Shown in pieces: positions 1-11,980 of a stretch of DNA of 64,000 bases (position 1 is the first letter of the stretch; each line of letters begins with the position of its first letter). The notes under the pieces are model-generated. The model saw only the letters and a program-made list of their open reading frames with translations, was not told where the DNA came from and searched no databases. The position numbers were made by a program, and so were the translations under genes. Origin of the DNA: Camelus dromedarius. Its lineage: Eukaryota. Location: assembly GCF_036321535.1 (NCBI RefSeq), contig NC_087437.1, positions 66,280,001 to 66,344,000 of the forward strand, in the 5' to 3' direction.

Positions 1-312
1 TAGAAAATTACTATTGTTTTTCATTCTAGTAGATTACTAAACTTGTTTTTTTGAATGTGATGGGGAGTAAGTACAAAAATGAGAGAGTGCTTCTGTTTGG
101 CTATTAGAGGTAAAATGGTAATAGTCATAACTGATGAACACTTAAGCAGGACACTGAAAATATTCACCACTGTTTGTATATTGAGAAACGATCTATAGTG
201 TCCAGCAGATATTGTTTGTGTCCTTGCTGGAAATATTTCATGGTAAAAGAAAAAGACAAAAGGTTATTGATATTCTCACTTAACTTTCCATTTTTCAAAC
301 ATCTTAGATGAG

Positions 313-401
313 AAAACCTGTTCTCTTGAGAGATCAGAGGCGCAGAGTGCGTCAATGTCAGTGAAGCCTGTGCCTTTTACCTCTTTAAGAGCGCACGGTT
401 T
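313..401 (+). ncRNA. MIR6529: Intronic microRNA precursor, mir-6529-like (5p ~328-349, 3p ~367-388)
   Basis: The 5p arm GAGAGATCAGAGGCGCAGAGTG and 3p arm CCTGTGCCTTTTACCTCTTTAA match miR-6529 as I recall it. The arms pair (323-332 with 381-391; 336-345 with 368-377), giving a 2-nt 3' overhang. A mismatched GHG (GCG 391-393) and CNNC (CTGC 406-409) lie at the expected Microprocessor positions. Four CpGs are retained. Confidence 0.88.
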
Positions 402-839
402 CATTCTGCTCCTAAACCAAGCATTCCTTAATATTAAAAAATTAAAAAAAAATTTTTTTATTTAATAATGTATTCTAGTCATATGACTTAGTCTTGTTAT
501 GGAAGCTAAACTTCTGTGCCTCAAGTTTCTTAGAGGCAACCTAAACTATGACAGCTATTTCCTCTAGGAGTTTTGTCATAATTTTAATTAGTATGCTATT
601 TGTCTATTTCTTAAAATTATTTTTAGATATTATTTATTGTCATCTCATTATGGTAGATATTATTTATTGTCATCCCCATTTCCCTTTTACTATTTTACTG
701 ATATAATTATACCACCAGTTTTAATTTTATTTACTTAAATTATTATTCAGATGATTAATACTCAGTATCTAAACATTAAGCAATATTCTGTGCAGAATTG
801 AGTAGTGTACAATGGTTACCTTTCCTTTAAAAAAAAACT

Positions 840-1410
840 GTTTTTTTGAGATCTAATTCACATACCATAAAACTCATTAATTTAAGATATATAGCTCAGT
901 GGTTTTCAGTATTCATGGAGTCTATAACCATCACTGTAGTCTAATTTTAGAATATTTTTATCACCCAAAAAAGAAATCATGTATTCATTAGTAGTCATTC
1001 CTAATACTTCCCTTTTTCTAGCTCTAGGCAACCACTAATCTGTGTGGATTTGCCTATTTTTGACATTTTATATAAATGGATTCATACAATATATGGCTTT
1101 TTGTGACTGACTTCTTTTACTTCATGTAATGTCTTCTAGGGTTTGTCCATGTTGCAGCATTTGTCAGTACTTCATTACTTTTTATTGCTGAGTAATATTC
1201 CATTGTGTGGAAATGCCACTGTTTGCTTATCTGTTCATCAGTTGATGGACATTTGGATAGTTATCTACTTTTTGGCTATTAGGAATAATACTGCTATGAA
1301 CATTTTTGAACAAGTTTTTGTGTGGACATATATTTTCAGATCTTTTGGGTACATAGGTGTGGAATTACTAGGTTGTATGGTAACTCTGTTTAATAATTTA
1401 AAGAAACTCA
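840..1410 (-). mobile_element. L1 (L1MB-like) 3' UTR fragment
   Basis: T-tail followed by typical antisense L1M 3' motifs (ctaggcaaccactaatctg, tcagttgatggacatttgg, aataatactgctatgaacatt). Confidence 0.8.
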
Positions 1411-2005
1411 CATATCCTTTGCTTTTACATTTTTTTTACACTTTTTTTGTTGCCATTTTTTTCTTGCAATTTGCAATGATTACAATCTTAATTTTTTTTT
1501 GCCTCAATTTTATTGGGCGTTATGTAGATTTTGCCCTACCCTCTGTTCTTTTCCTGGAGTGTCCTTTTCCTAGAGTCCTGTCCTACTGCTGGGATCTGGC
1601 CTGGTTGTTCTCCATGCCCCCAAGGTACATCTGTCATCCTCTGGCTTACTTCATTGCTCTTCAGAGTCCACTCTCCTATTTCCCGGATCCCATGTCTGCA
1701 TCACCGTGTAGTTCTTTTCTAACTTAATCTCATGACATCAGCCTGGAGTATTAACTGTTTGGTAAATGTACCTGGAAAAGTTTTTATTTGTTTTTTTCTC
1801 CCACTTTTGGTCCAAAAGAGTAGTTAAGAAGCTGACAGGCTTTTTTGACAGTTGTCTCACCTTTCATTAATTTGTCACTGAGGCATAGATGTTTTGGGAG
1901 GTTACTTTGTGTCATATGATCAAGTGATTACCAGGCCAACATGAAGCAACAACATGAAGCAAGTACAGAAATCTGAACAATATAAATGTTAAGCAGTTGT
2001 TTAAG

Positions 2006-2337
2006 CAGAACTATTCAATAGAAATATACAAGCCACAAGTGTGAATCACATATGTAATTTCAAATTTTCTAGAAGCCACATTAAAAAGAGTAAAAAGACA
2101 GGTGAAGTTAATTTTTTGAATGTATTTTATTTAAACCAGTGTGTCCAAAATATTATTTCAACACATAATCAGTGTAAAATTTACTAATAATAAATTTTGC
2201 ATTTTTTGGGAGGGGGTACTAAATCTTCACAACCTAGTGGGTATTTTATTCTTACAGCACGTCCTAATTTGGAGTAGCCACATTTTAAGTGCTCAGTAGC
2301 CACATGTTGCTAGTTGTTACTGTATTGAACAGTGCAG
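2006..2337 (+). mobile_element. MER33-like hAT-Charlie MITE
   Basis: Ends cagaactattcaatagaaat ... tgtattgaacagtgcag; internal ttttctagaagccacattaaaa and agccacattttaagtgctcagtagccacatg; about 330 bp. Confidence 0.85.
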
Positions 2338-4569
2338 GTTTAGAATTTTCCAGGAATTATGTTATTGTGTGATACTGTTGTCAGTCTGTCTAATCATATA
2401 TGTGGTCTATTTATTCTAAAGGAATAGATAAGGGGAATGTAGATTAAAAACACTTCATTGATTTGTCTCATTGCTTTGTTTTGTTTTTAGTCGTATCTTC
2501 AGTTTATTTTGAAATTTTATACCACATTAAAGGAGGTTGAGAGATTTATGTTCTTCAGAAAGGTGCTTGGTATAGGAGGTAATGATTTTTTCCCCATATT
2601 TTAGCATAACTATTAAAATGTATATTGAAATTCTTATTGGTATGCTTGTTAGATATTGTCATTGCCATAGTTGACCTGGTCCCAGTGGAATCCTATTAGT
2701 CTAAATATTCTTTGTCATATACTTTCTCCCCTTGCTCTTTCAAAGACCTACCCACGTTTCAGAATCTCACATGCCACATCAGCTACTTAGTCTGCTATGC
2801 CTTTTACCGTAAGGTATGAAAGGCACTTGTGTGTAACTCCTGTAGCACAATCACTCTTCTTATATTCTGCCTTGCATTCTGGTTAACTTGTTTTGTCTCT
2901 CCCCAGGTGATTATAAATCCCAGTATGGCAAAAACAATATTTTACTCATCTTTATATTTCCTGCAATGTGGATCACAGTGCTTTCTATACACTTAGTACA
3001 TATTTAAGTTGAAGGCAATTTGTCATGATAGTTACATTTATACTATACATGATAGTTAAATATGGTATTAGAGTTTCCAAGTCATCAAACTATTGCTGAT
3101 GTTTCTAGAAACATTTAAGTTTTGATATAAGAAATTAATTTATGAAGTTAAACCTAGGTGTTTGTTTAAACACAAAGGAGCAATAGTAGGAAAAAGAAAG
3201 AGACTCAGATACAGACATTTGTGTTATCCTATATGCTTAGCACAGAGTGGCTTTGAACTCTTTGGATGGATAGCTGAATGAAAGAAAGAACTCCGGTGCT
3301 AGGTTGCATTGTTTGATAAGTACAGTACCTCTGAAACATTGAGCCTATCCAGGTATTATAATACCCCAAGTCCTCCAGGAGTTTATTTGGAGTGGATGAG
3401 GGTAGAAGACAGATTTAGAATAATGAAAAGTGACAAATCAGTTTATTTTCACCAAGTAGGCTATTCTGCAAGAGATAAAGTAAACTATTTAAATATGAAT
3501 AGGCCCTTTCACCATGGATGTACTTAGACATGTAAATTTTTTGTGGGGATTGATGAAAACTGTAATTTTTACAAGCCCTCTTTTTACATCTCTCGGATAC
3601 TGTTTATTTGTCTGATAGACTAGTGTATATTTGTGTATCAATTCAAGACCTTTCCCAGAGAAAGTAAGAAATATTAATAAACAATATAGATTATCTTGCT
3701 AAATAAACCAACCTCTTAAATAGCTGTAAAATTTGACTGTATTGCATTTTGAGAAACCATGTTTTCAGGATAATTGGTTTCTACTGATCAACATGGTATC
3801 TACTTCTGTGATTAATTGTGTACATTGTGAGATGGTTGGCTGGCCTAGGGCATGATTCTTACACAAAAAGAGATTTATTTTACTTTCTCTTAAGTAGTAA
3901 ATGTTTGTGCCCTTCTTGAAATCCAACCAGTTACTAAAGAACAAAGCATAATTCTGTTTAAATTCAGTTGAACGTCACGGATAACCTTTATTGAAAGCCT
4001 TTTGAAGCCTTAATAGTACAGTATATATTTACGTTCTATCAATTTCTAGAAAATTAAAGAATGGCTGTGCACTTTCAAAGGATAGAGGAAGTGTTCTGTC
4101 TATTATTATATTTCTGCTATAGTGGAGAATGAGTACTTAGTAAAAAACAAAGGGTCTGTGTGTCGTGACCTCTAAAGTAAGAGCAGATGAACCAGTTCCT
4201 GGATCCTTAGGAAAGAAAAATCCCCAGTGGCAGAAGACTCTGACTACAATGTCTTCTACATGGTATCAACATAAGTTGTACAGCTTGTTAGCTATCAGTA
4301 TTAATTTAGGAGTAAGATATTGTTTAAAAATCTGGCTTTACTTTATGTCCAAATTAAACATCATCTTTTTGTTTTTCACATGTACCTGGGAAAGCCTATA
4401 TACTTTCTAAAGTTTAGGGAAGAGGCAAGAAATGCTGCTGTTGATCACAGGAGTGAGGGTTGGGGAAGAAGTTAATTATAGAAAAGTTTGTAGTTATGAT
4501 GAGTGTTGAGTTTCCCTGGATGCTAATTGTGGTAGCCTAAATCTTAGAACTAGGATAATTGAGATTCAG

Positions 4570-5375
4570 CTACCCTTTGTGTATTTACTGTGTGTCAACC
4601 ACTGTCATTTCATTTAACTTTCATAATACTTTGATGCAATATTCTCTCCCATTTAATGGATGAAGAAATTAAATTAAAAATATTTTAATTGATTTATTCA
4701 GATCTCACAGCTAGTAGGAATAGGCCTGGTGTGTGGAACTAAGGCCACCAGCCTTCAGGTAAAGACAAAAAAATTTTCATTATTTACTATGTCATTGCAC
4801 TGTATTAAGCAATTTATTTCTATCTCATTTAATCTTTACCACAGTCTGGTAAGGCAAATAAAATTTACAAATGAGGAAACTGAAGCTTAGATGGCCTTCC
4901 TTACACAGCCAGCAGATTTTGTAGCCATACTTTGAATCTGTTCTTTTAATTGCTACACTCTATGACCTTTATAATTTAGAAAGAGAATAGGAAGATTCTG
5001 GGAAATTGGTTGATTTAAGTTTTCTTAGGGTAAGGCTTAGGAACTTTTGCTTTTTATTAATGTTACTTACCAAGGAGAAAGTAAATTGTCAATCATATAC
5101 AAGTAAAGTGTTTTATCCTTTTGAAATAAAAATTTTAAGAGCAAATACCTTGCTTTTAAAGTTAATACAGACCATCTATGAAACAGTGACTGTAAGATAT
5201 GGGTAATAAATACAGTCGAATCCATATTGCAGAGTCAGTTATTAGCCAGATCCCATTATCGTTTAGGAAACTGAGGCTCAGAGAGGTTGGGTAAATTTTG
5301 CTGAGGTTTTATAACCAGCAACACTGATGGCAGATGCTTGGATTCTAACCCAGTAATTTAATCTAGAGCTCTTAC
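4570..5375 (-). mobile_element. Cluster of MIR SINE fragments
   Basis: Antisense MIR cores such as tttacaaatgaggaaactgaagcttaga (~4865) and ggaaactgaggctcagagaggtt (~5266). Confidence 0.65.
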
Positions 5376-7069
5376 TCTTTACTGTCTTAAGAGAATGTGA
5401 ATGATGTGCAAAAATGGAGCCTTGCTGCCTCTGGGAACTTGGTGAAAATTGGTGAAGACACCAATTTTGAGCTTGTTGAAAACATCATAGCTTGACTCAA
5501 GGCAGGTGTTAGACATCACCCACCTGCTTCCATTTTTATTGTTTCCTGTGGTCTCTTGTCTCAGTATTTTTTGTTGTTGCTTTGCATTATTCTTGGACAT
5601 AAAGATCCATGAAGATCCTCTTTATTTAGTTGATGCTTAATAAATGTTGAATGTTGAAAAATAAATCAAATTTAAAGCATTGAATCTTGAATGTACAGAC
5701 CAAATTTTAATACATCAGTTCATAATCATGTTTTTCTTTTTAGTATTTTTTATAGTTTTGAGGGTAGTTACATATTAATTTAAAAAGTTGATTTATAGTT
5801 TTAATGACTTGGAGAAAATTTTCTGTGCTTCTGAGGAACTTTTCTTAGTTGGCAAGTGTTTTAAATGTCAGATTACAGTAAAATTCTGTGATGATACAAA
5901 ATTCAGATACAGTATAATTGGCTCTGATCCTCTACTGCATTTTTCTCTGCGGGTGAGGCCAGGTGCACATTCTGTTTGTAATAATTGGTTTATTTCATAC
6001 AGTTCTGATAAATGTACACTGATACATGAACTTTTCTTTCCTTGTCTACTCTAACTGGAAGACTAGTGGAAAAAAGTTTTCTGTTTATATTGTGATAACA
6101 AGCCCTGTTTATCCTGCAGTTGGATTTTTCAGGTCATGTTTGAAAGAGGATGTCTGGGTTTTAATGTATAATAGTTAATAAATGGAGTATTCATATATCT
6201 ACAAGGCATTTATGTGCCAACTCAGCAATACAGAATGTAGGCAGGAACTAGACTGGATAAAAATGGATGCTGAAGAGCCAAAAGAGCTATCATAGAATCT
6301 GAAGCAAAGTGTTGTTTTGTTTTTTAACCGAGATGAAAGTCCTTTGGTCAGCGTTTCCTATACCAGTTACTCTAAGCAATGCTGTATAATATAATAATAC
6401 ATTATAATGCTGAAATAAATATTCTTTGGCCAAAGAAGTTTAGGAAATGCTGCTTATGGGATCCCTTGAAGGATTGATATTCCTTGGATCACACTTTGGA
6501 GGCTTTGTCTTAGGCATTTGGAACTTGCTTTTATTTTACAAGAGAAGGGAAGAGAGCCAACATTTAAAGAGCATTACTCTACAGGACTTAGGTGATATCT
6601 CCATTTTACAGACAGGGAGCCTGAGGCCCTTCTGGAGGGTAAAGAACATAAAACTAGTAACAGGGCAGAACTGGGAATAAATCCCTAATGTCTCTGAGTC
6701 CTAAACCTTTGCTGTTTTGACCTTGCTATGCTACTATGTGATTGTAGTGAACTACCCATTTGGTTGGATTTTACACTTTGGAAACAGCAGTTAGCAGTAA
6801 TACTAGGAAAGGGACTAAGCTGCCCTACTTAGGGAAGAAGGAAAGGATAATTTACTACCTGACACGTGTTCTGTATCCTTTGCTTTGCTTAGATGAGCTC
6901 CATGTTCTGGGGGGAGAGGGGGAAGGTTTCAGAGAATACTCTGTAAATTAAAGTACTTTTGGAGTGAAATTTGATAGTACCTTTAGGTATGTATATCTTT
7001 ATGTCTTTTTTTGACATTGTAAAGCCAGAGCCTGCTCTTTTATTAGGTATAGTGGGCTTACACAAGTTA

Positions 7070-7225
7070 TGAACTTTTTATAGCTTCAGTTTCCTTATTT
7101 GGACATAGTGATAACAATACCTGCATTTCTGGGTGATTGTAGTCCTTAAAGGAGATAATTATGCATGTAAGGTGCTTGGCACAGTGTCTAGCACAAAGTA
7201 ATCTTAGCTGCTATTAGTATTAATA
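7070..7225 (+). mobile_element. MIR SINE fragment
   Basis: cttcagtttccttattt...gataacaatacctgc...atgtaaggtgcttggcacagtgtctagcaca. Confidence 0.7.
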
Positions 7226-7267
7226 AAAATAATTAAGGCTTAGGTGTAGGTTGTTACCTCTCTGTTA

Positions 7268-7326
7268 TCTTTTTTTTTTTCTTACTATTTATTGAAGTGT
7301 AGTAGATTTACAATGTTAGTTTCAGG
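7268..7326 (-). mobile_element. Very short 5'-truncated L1 3' tip
   Basis: T-run plus ttttattgaagtgtagtagatttacaatgttagtttcagg, the same terminal motif as the L1 at ~48330. Confidence 0.6.
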
Positions 7327-7442
7327 TTATTTGTTTTTTTAATGGGCATGTATAGGGTGGTCATAAAGGAAGCCTCCAAGTCGTCTTTTTTTTTTTTTTT
7401 AACTTATTTGAGGAAAAACATCACCTGTTGCCTTTTAGAATA

Positions 7443-7758
7443 CAGTCATACCTTACCTTACTGCGCCTTGCTTTATTTTGCTTAGCTTTATTGAACTTTG
7501 CAGATACCACTTTTTTTTTTTAAATAAACTGAAAGTTTGTGGCAACCTTGTGTTGTCAGATGATGGTTAGCATTTTTAGCAACAAAGTATTTTATAATTA
7601 AGGTATATGCTTTTGTTTTTAGACATAATACTTTTGCATACTTAATCACTACAGTGCAGTGTAAACATAACTTTTATGTGTACTGGGAAACCAAAAAGTT
7701 TGTGTGACTCACTTTATTGCAATGATCTGGAACCGAACCTACAATATCTCCAAGGTAT
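7443..7758 (+). mobile_element. Tigger1 internal-deletion MITE (Tigger1a_Art-like)
   Basis: TA then cagtcatacc (Tigger1 left end) running to gtggcaaccttgtgttg, joined directly to the right-end sequence tcagatgatggttagcattttt...ggaaccgaacctacaatatctccaaggtat. Confidence 0.8.
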
Positions 7759-8704
7759 TAATAATGGAGGTTCCATCTTGAATATATTTTATAGGACACT
7801 AAGAAAGTTATAGTTTGTTAGGGATCTGGCACTTTTTCAGTGAGTACTGTTTGTAATCAGCAGATGTTGGCCTAGTGCCCATGAAGTTTTTGTTTGCCTG
7901 TTTAATGTGAGATGTGTTTTTTAAGTGGATCTGATGTCTATGTAGTCCATCTTTTTTATACTGCATATTTTTCTTCTGAAAACTATTTTCAGGCTAGTCT
8001 GTATACAGTGACAGTTTGGTTTGCATTTGACCCTTGGGTATTAAATGTTTAACTGTAATTGGCAAACAAGAAAGAGCCTCTTTCTTCCAACTTGGATGTC
8101 TACAGTTTTGTTCAATAGAGTTAAATAATCTGAGGTACCCATTGAAAATTTGGAGAATTATTTAGAACCATTCAAAACCATCAAGGTTATTAAATGTGAG
8201 TTGATTTCAGCAGAGTATAGTATATTTTTTCCTTCAGTTTTTATTCTTCCTTCTCAATTATGAGGAAGTCGGGGAGAGAGGTCTCTTCCCCCTCTAACAA
8301 TTTTTTTTTCTCTTGGTAACTTTTTATTTCCTTCTTTGAAATAACCAAGATCCGTGGGGGCTCTAAGAACATCAAACAGTTTTCACAGCTTGAGGCAGAG
8401 GGATTTTCCTAGGAAACCTTTTCTTATAAAGTAAAATACTCTGTCCTTGCCAGGACACTTTTAAAGAAGCAGCTAGTAGCAGCACCTTACTGCCTTGTCA
8501 CTGACTAGGCTGAGGGAGGGGAAGAATGAGTCACAGTTTCCCTCTTTCTCCTTTTCCACTTCTCTTCTCCCTTTCCCTTTCCACTTAGCTCTTTGTGGGC
8601 ATTGAACTTGGTTTCTGGTAGAATGGGATAATTTTCATTAATTTTTTTTTTAAGGGAGCCTAGTATTTCCAAAATGGTGGTGAATGTTTTTTCCATTTTG
8701 GAGT

Positions 8705-10120
8705 ATTTATTTTTAAATTATTCATTATTAAGAAGCTTTCAATCCTATAAAAGTCAATAGAATTGTGTAATGCACCACCATGTGTTCATCTCCAATTTCT
8801 ATAATGATCTAAATGTGGTCAATTTTGTTTCATCTATACCCTTGCCACTACCAAATATTTTTCAAGCAAATTTCAGAGATCATACTTTTTTTTCAAATAC
8901 ATTTTTCTAGGGATGCTTAAAATAAACAAACAGAACTATAGCATCATGCTTCTACTTTTCATGGAATATTTGAAAAATTCCTTAACATCAGATAGCAAGG
9001 ATTCACATTTCCCCAAAATTTTTCTGTTTAATGGTTTGTTTGAATTAGGATCCAAAACAACGTCCATATTTTGCATTTGATTGCTATTTTAAAATCTCCT
9101 TACATCTGATGATAATATTCTCCCCTCTTTTCCTTGTTATTTATTTATTGAAGAATTGGATCATTTGTTCTTTGAAATTTCCCACTTTATAGGTTTTGCT
9201 GATTATTTTTTAATCCCTGTAGTCATTTAATAGAGGAAGATATACCTTTACCCCCTGTATTTCCTGCAGACCGTTAGATTCTTTTAGTCGGGTTACTTTT
9301 TTAGGTGATGCTGAGTATTGCATAATATCAGGTGGCAAGTAATGTTTAGAAATCTCTCTTTTTGTGATGTTACTGTTGATTGTTGGGTTTATTGTCAGCC
9401 TGATTCACCGTCTATTCTGAAGTTCCCCATCAATCTTTCATCTACATTGATGACAATTGCGTAGGTTAAGGCAAACTTCAGCCTATGGATGAAATCAGAT
9501 CCTCTCCTTGTTTTGGGAATAAAGTTTTATTGGAATGTAGCCACACTGCTTGCTTAACATATCGTCTGTAGCTGCTTTTGTACTACAGTGCCAAAGTTGG
9601 TTAAGACAAAGGCTGTATGGCATGTAAAGCCTAAAATATTTACTGTCTGGCCCTTTGCAGAAGTTTGCTGACCCCAGTCTAGATCATTATATCTGATAGT
9701 GGTGATATTCTATCATTACTTCTGTTTGTTTGCTGGAGTACTTCTATAAAGAACTTCTTTACCTTAGTCAATTATATGATTCTGAGGAACAGCAGGATAA
9801 ACGCCTGATTCTTTTCCTGTTACGTGATAGAGGTGGCCAGTGAGGTTTTTTTGTTTTTGTTTTTAGTATCAGTACGAACCCCTGATTTTGAATATGTTTG
9901 TTTTAATTCATTGCAGTTATTTTTAATTCTCAAATTGTCTCATCTTTAGCTAGTGGAAACCCCCTCATGTTGACTCCTGTATCTTTTGTTAAAACCTCAG
10001 TAACCTTTGGTAACCCTATTTTCTAGTATAACAAGATGTTCCTTTCTGATATTTAAAGATCATAATCTGGGTCTTTGTTGCTATAAGTGGGTTGTTGTTT
10101 GTAGGCCCTTTTAGTGGACA
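8705..10120 (-). mobile_element. Old L1 (L1MC4/5-like) 3' region, interrupted by MER58A; appears to resume at ~11985-12350
   Basis: Antisense L1MC 3' motifs (aatgtggtcaattttgtttcatctatacc, gtttgaattaggatccaaa, tttattgaagaattggatcatttgttc). Confidence 0.6.
9462..9677 (+). mobile_element. MER58A-like hAT-Charlie MITE
   Basis: ggcaaact...aataaagttttattggaatgtagccac...aaagcctaaaatatttactgtctggccctttgcagaagtttgctgacccc. Confidence 0.88.
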
Positions 10121-10123
10121 GAG

Positions 10124-10146
10124 GTGTGTGTGTGTGTGTGTATGTG
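10124..10146. repeat. (TG)n microsatellite
   Basis: gtgtgtgtgtgtgtgtgtatgtg. Confidence 0.85.
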
Positions 10147-10159
10147 AGACTTCTGTTTT

Positions 10160-11980
10160 TGTGATAAACTAAACAATGTAAAATTGACCATTTGAACTAT
10201 TTTAAAGTGTACAATTCAGTGGCATTAAGTATATTCACAGTGTTGTATATCCATCACCACCTGTCTAGTTCCAGAACTTTTTCACACCCCAGAAGGAATC
10301 CTATATTCCTTAAGCAGTCAGTCTGTATTCCTCCCTCTCTCCAGACTCTGGCTCTAATCTACTCTCTGACTCTGGATTTGCTTGTTCTGTGCAGTTCATA
10401 TAACTAGAATTATACAACATGTGGCATTTGTGTCAGCTTCTTTCACTCAGCATAATGTTTTCAAGGTTCATCCATGCTTCTATCAGTATTTCATTCCTCC
10501 ATATGGCTGAATAGTATTCCATTGTATGGATAAACCACATTTTGTTCATTCAGTTGGTGGACGTTTGGGTTGTTTCCAGCTATTGGCTATTGTGAATAGT
10601 GCTGCTGTGAACGTTGGTGTACAATTTTTTTTTTTCAACACTTGTCAGTTTTTTGGGATGTCTACCTAAAAACTGGGATGGAATTGCTGGCTCATATGGT
10701 AATTCCGTGTTTGATTTACTGAGGAACCACCAGTTTTCCACAGTGGGTGCATGATTTTACATTCCCATCAGCAGTGTATCAGGGTTCCAGTTTTTCTATA
10801 TCCTTTCCAACGCTTGTTTTTTTCAATGTTTTGATAATGGCCATCCTAGTTGGTGTGAAGTGGTGTCTGTTCCTTGTGCTTTTGATTTGCATTTCCCTAA
10901 TGACTAATAATGTTGAGCATCTTTTCATGGGCTTGCTGGCCATTTTGTTTATCTTTGGAGAAATATCTATTCAAGTCCTTTGCCCATTTTTAAATTGAGT
11001 TGTTTGTCTTTTTGTTGTTAAGTTATAAGGCTTCTTTATATACTCTGGATATTAGACCCTTATCAGATATATGATTTGAAAATACATCCTTCCATTCTGT
11101 GGGTAATCTTTTCACTCTCTCGACAGTGTACTGTCAAGAATGCATGAAAGTTTTAAAGACTGATAAAGTTGAATGTACCTCTTTCTTTCCTCCTGTGCTT
11201 TTGGTGTTATATTTGAAAAAACATTGCCAAATCTAAAATCAAGATTTACCCATAAATTTTCTTCTAAGAATTTTATAGTCTTATTTCTTATATTTAGGTT
11301 GCTGATCCATTTTGAGTTAATTTTTGTATATGATGTGAGGTAAGGGCCCAGTCGTCCAGTTCCATTTGTTGAAGACTCTGTTCTTTCCCCATTAAATGGT
11401 CTAGGCATTCTTATTGATAACCAGTTGACTGTAGATGCATCGGTTTATTTATGGATTCTCAGTTCTATTCCATTAATTTATATATCTCTCTTATGTCACT
11501 ACCACACTGTACTGTAGCTTTGTAGTAAATTTTGACATTGGGAAGTTTAGGTAGTCCAACTTTTTTTTTAAAAAACATTATTTTGGCTATTCATAATCCT
11601 TTGCAATTTCATACAAATTTTAGGGTCTTCTTTTCCATTTTTCTAAAAAAGGCCTTTGGGGTTTTGAATAGGGATTGTGTTGAATCTGTAGATTGCTTTG
11701 GGTAATATTGACATTTTAATATTAAATCTTATGATCTGTGAACATGGCATGTCTTTCCATTTATTCAAGTATTCTTTAATTTTTTTCAGTAATGTTTTGT
11801 GGTTTTGAAGTCTTGTATCCCCTTGGTTAAATTTATTCCGTGCTATTGTAAAGTGAATTTTTAAAATGCTTTTGTAAACACTCCTTTTCAGAGTGTTCAT
11901 TGCTACTGTATAAAAATGCAAATGATTTTTATGTGTTGATCTTATATTCTGCAGCTTTGCTGAATTTGTTGTATGATTAT
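10160..11980 (-). mobile_element. L1 (L1MB-like) 3' UTR plus degenerate ORF2 C-terminal region
   Basis: Minus-strand ORF fragments with L1 ORF2 motifs ([24 protein letters not shown]...[14 protein letters not shown]); disrupted by frameshifts and stops. Confidence 0.92.

Noticed and set aside
1143..1727. Longest ORF (194 aa, hydrophobic) as a novel membrane protein
   Set aside because: The first half is the antisense strand of an L1 3' UTR; the T-rich composition explains the Phe/Leu/Ile bias. It starts at TTG and has no recognisable domain.
1937..1962. caacatgaagcaa x2 (also catgatagtta x2 at 3024-3058) as array-like repeats
   Set aside because: Only two copies each, consistent with ordinary slippage duplications; no repeat-spacer array.
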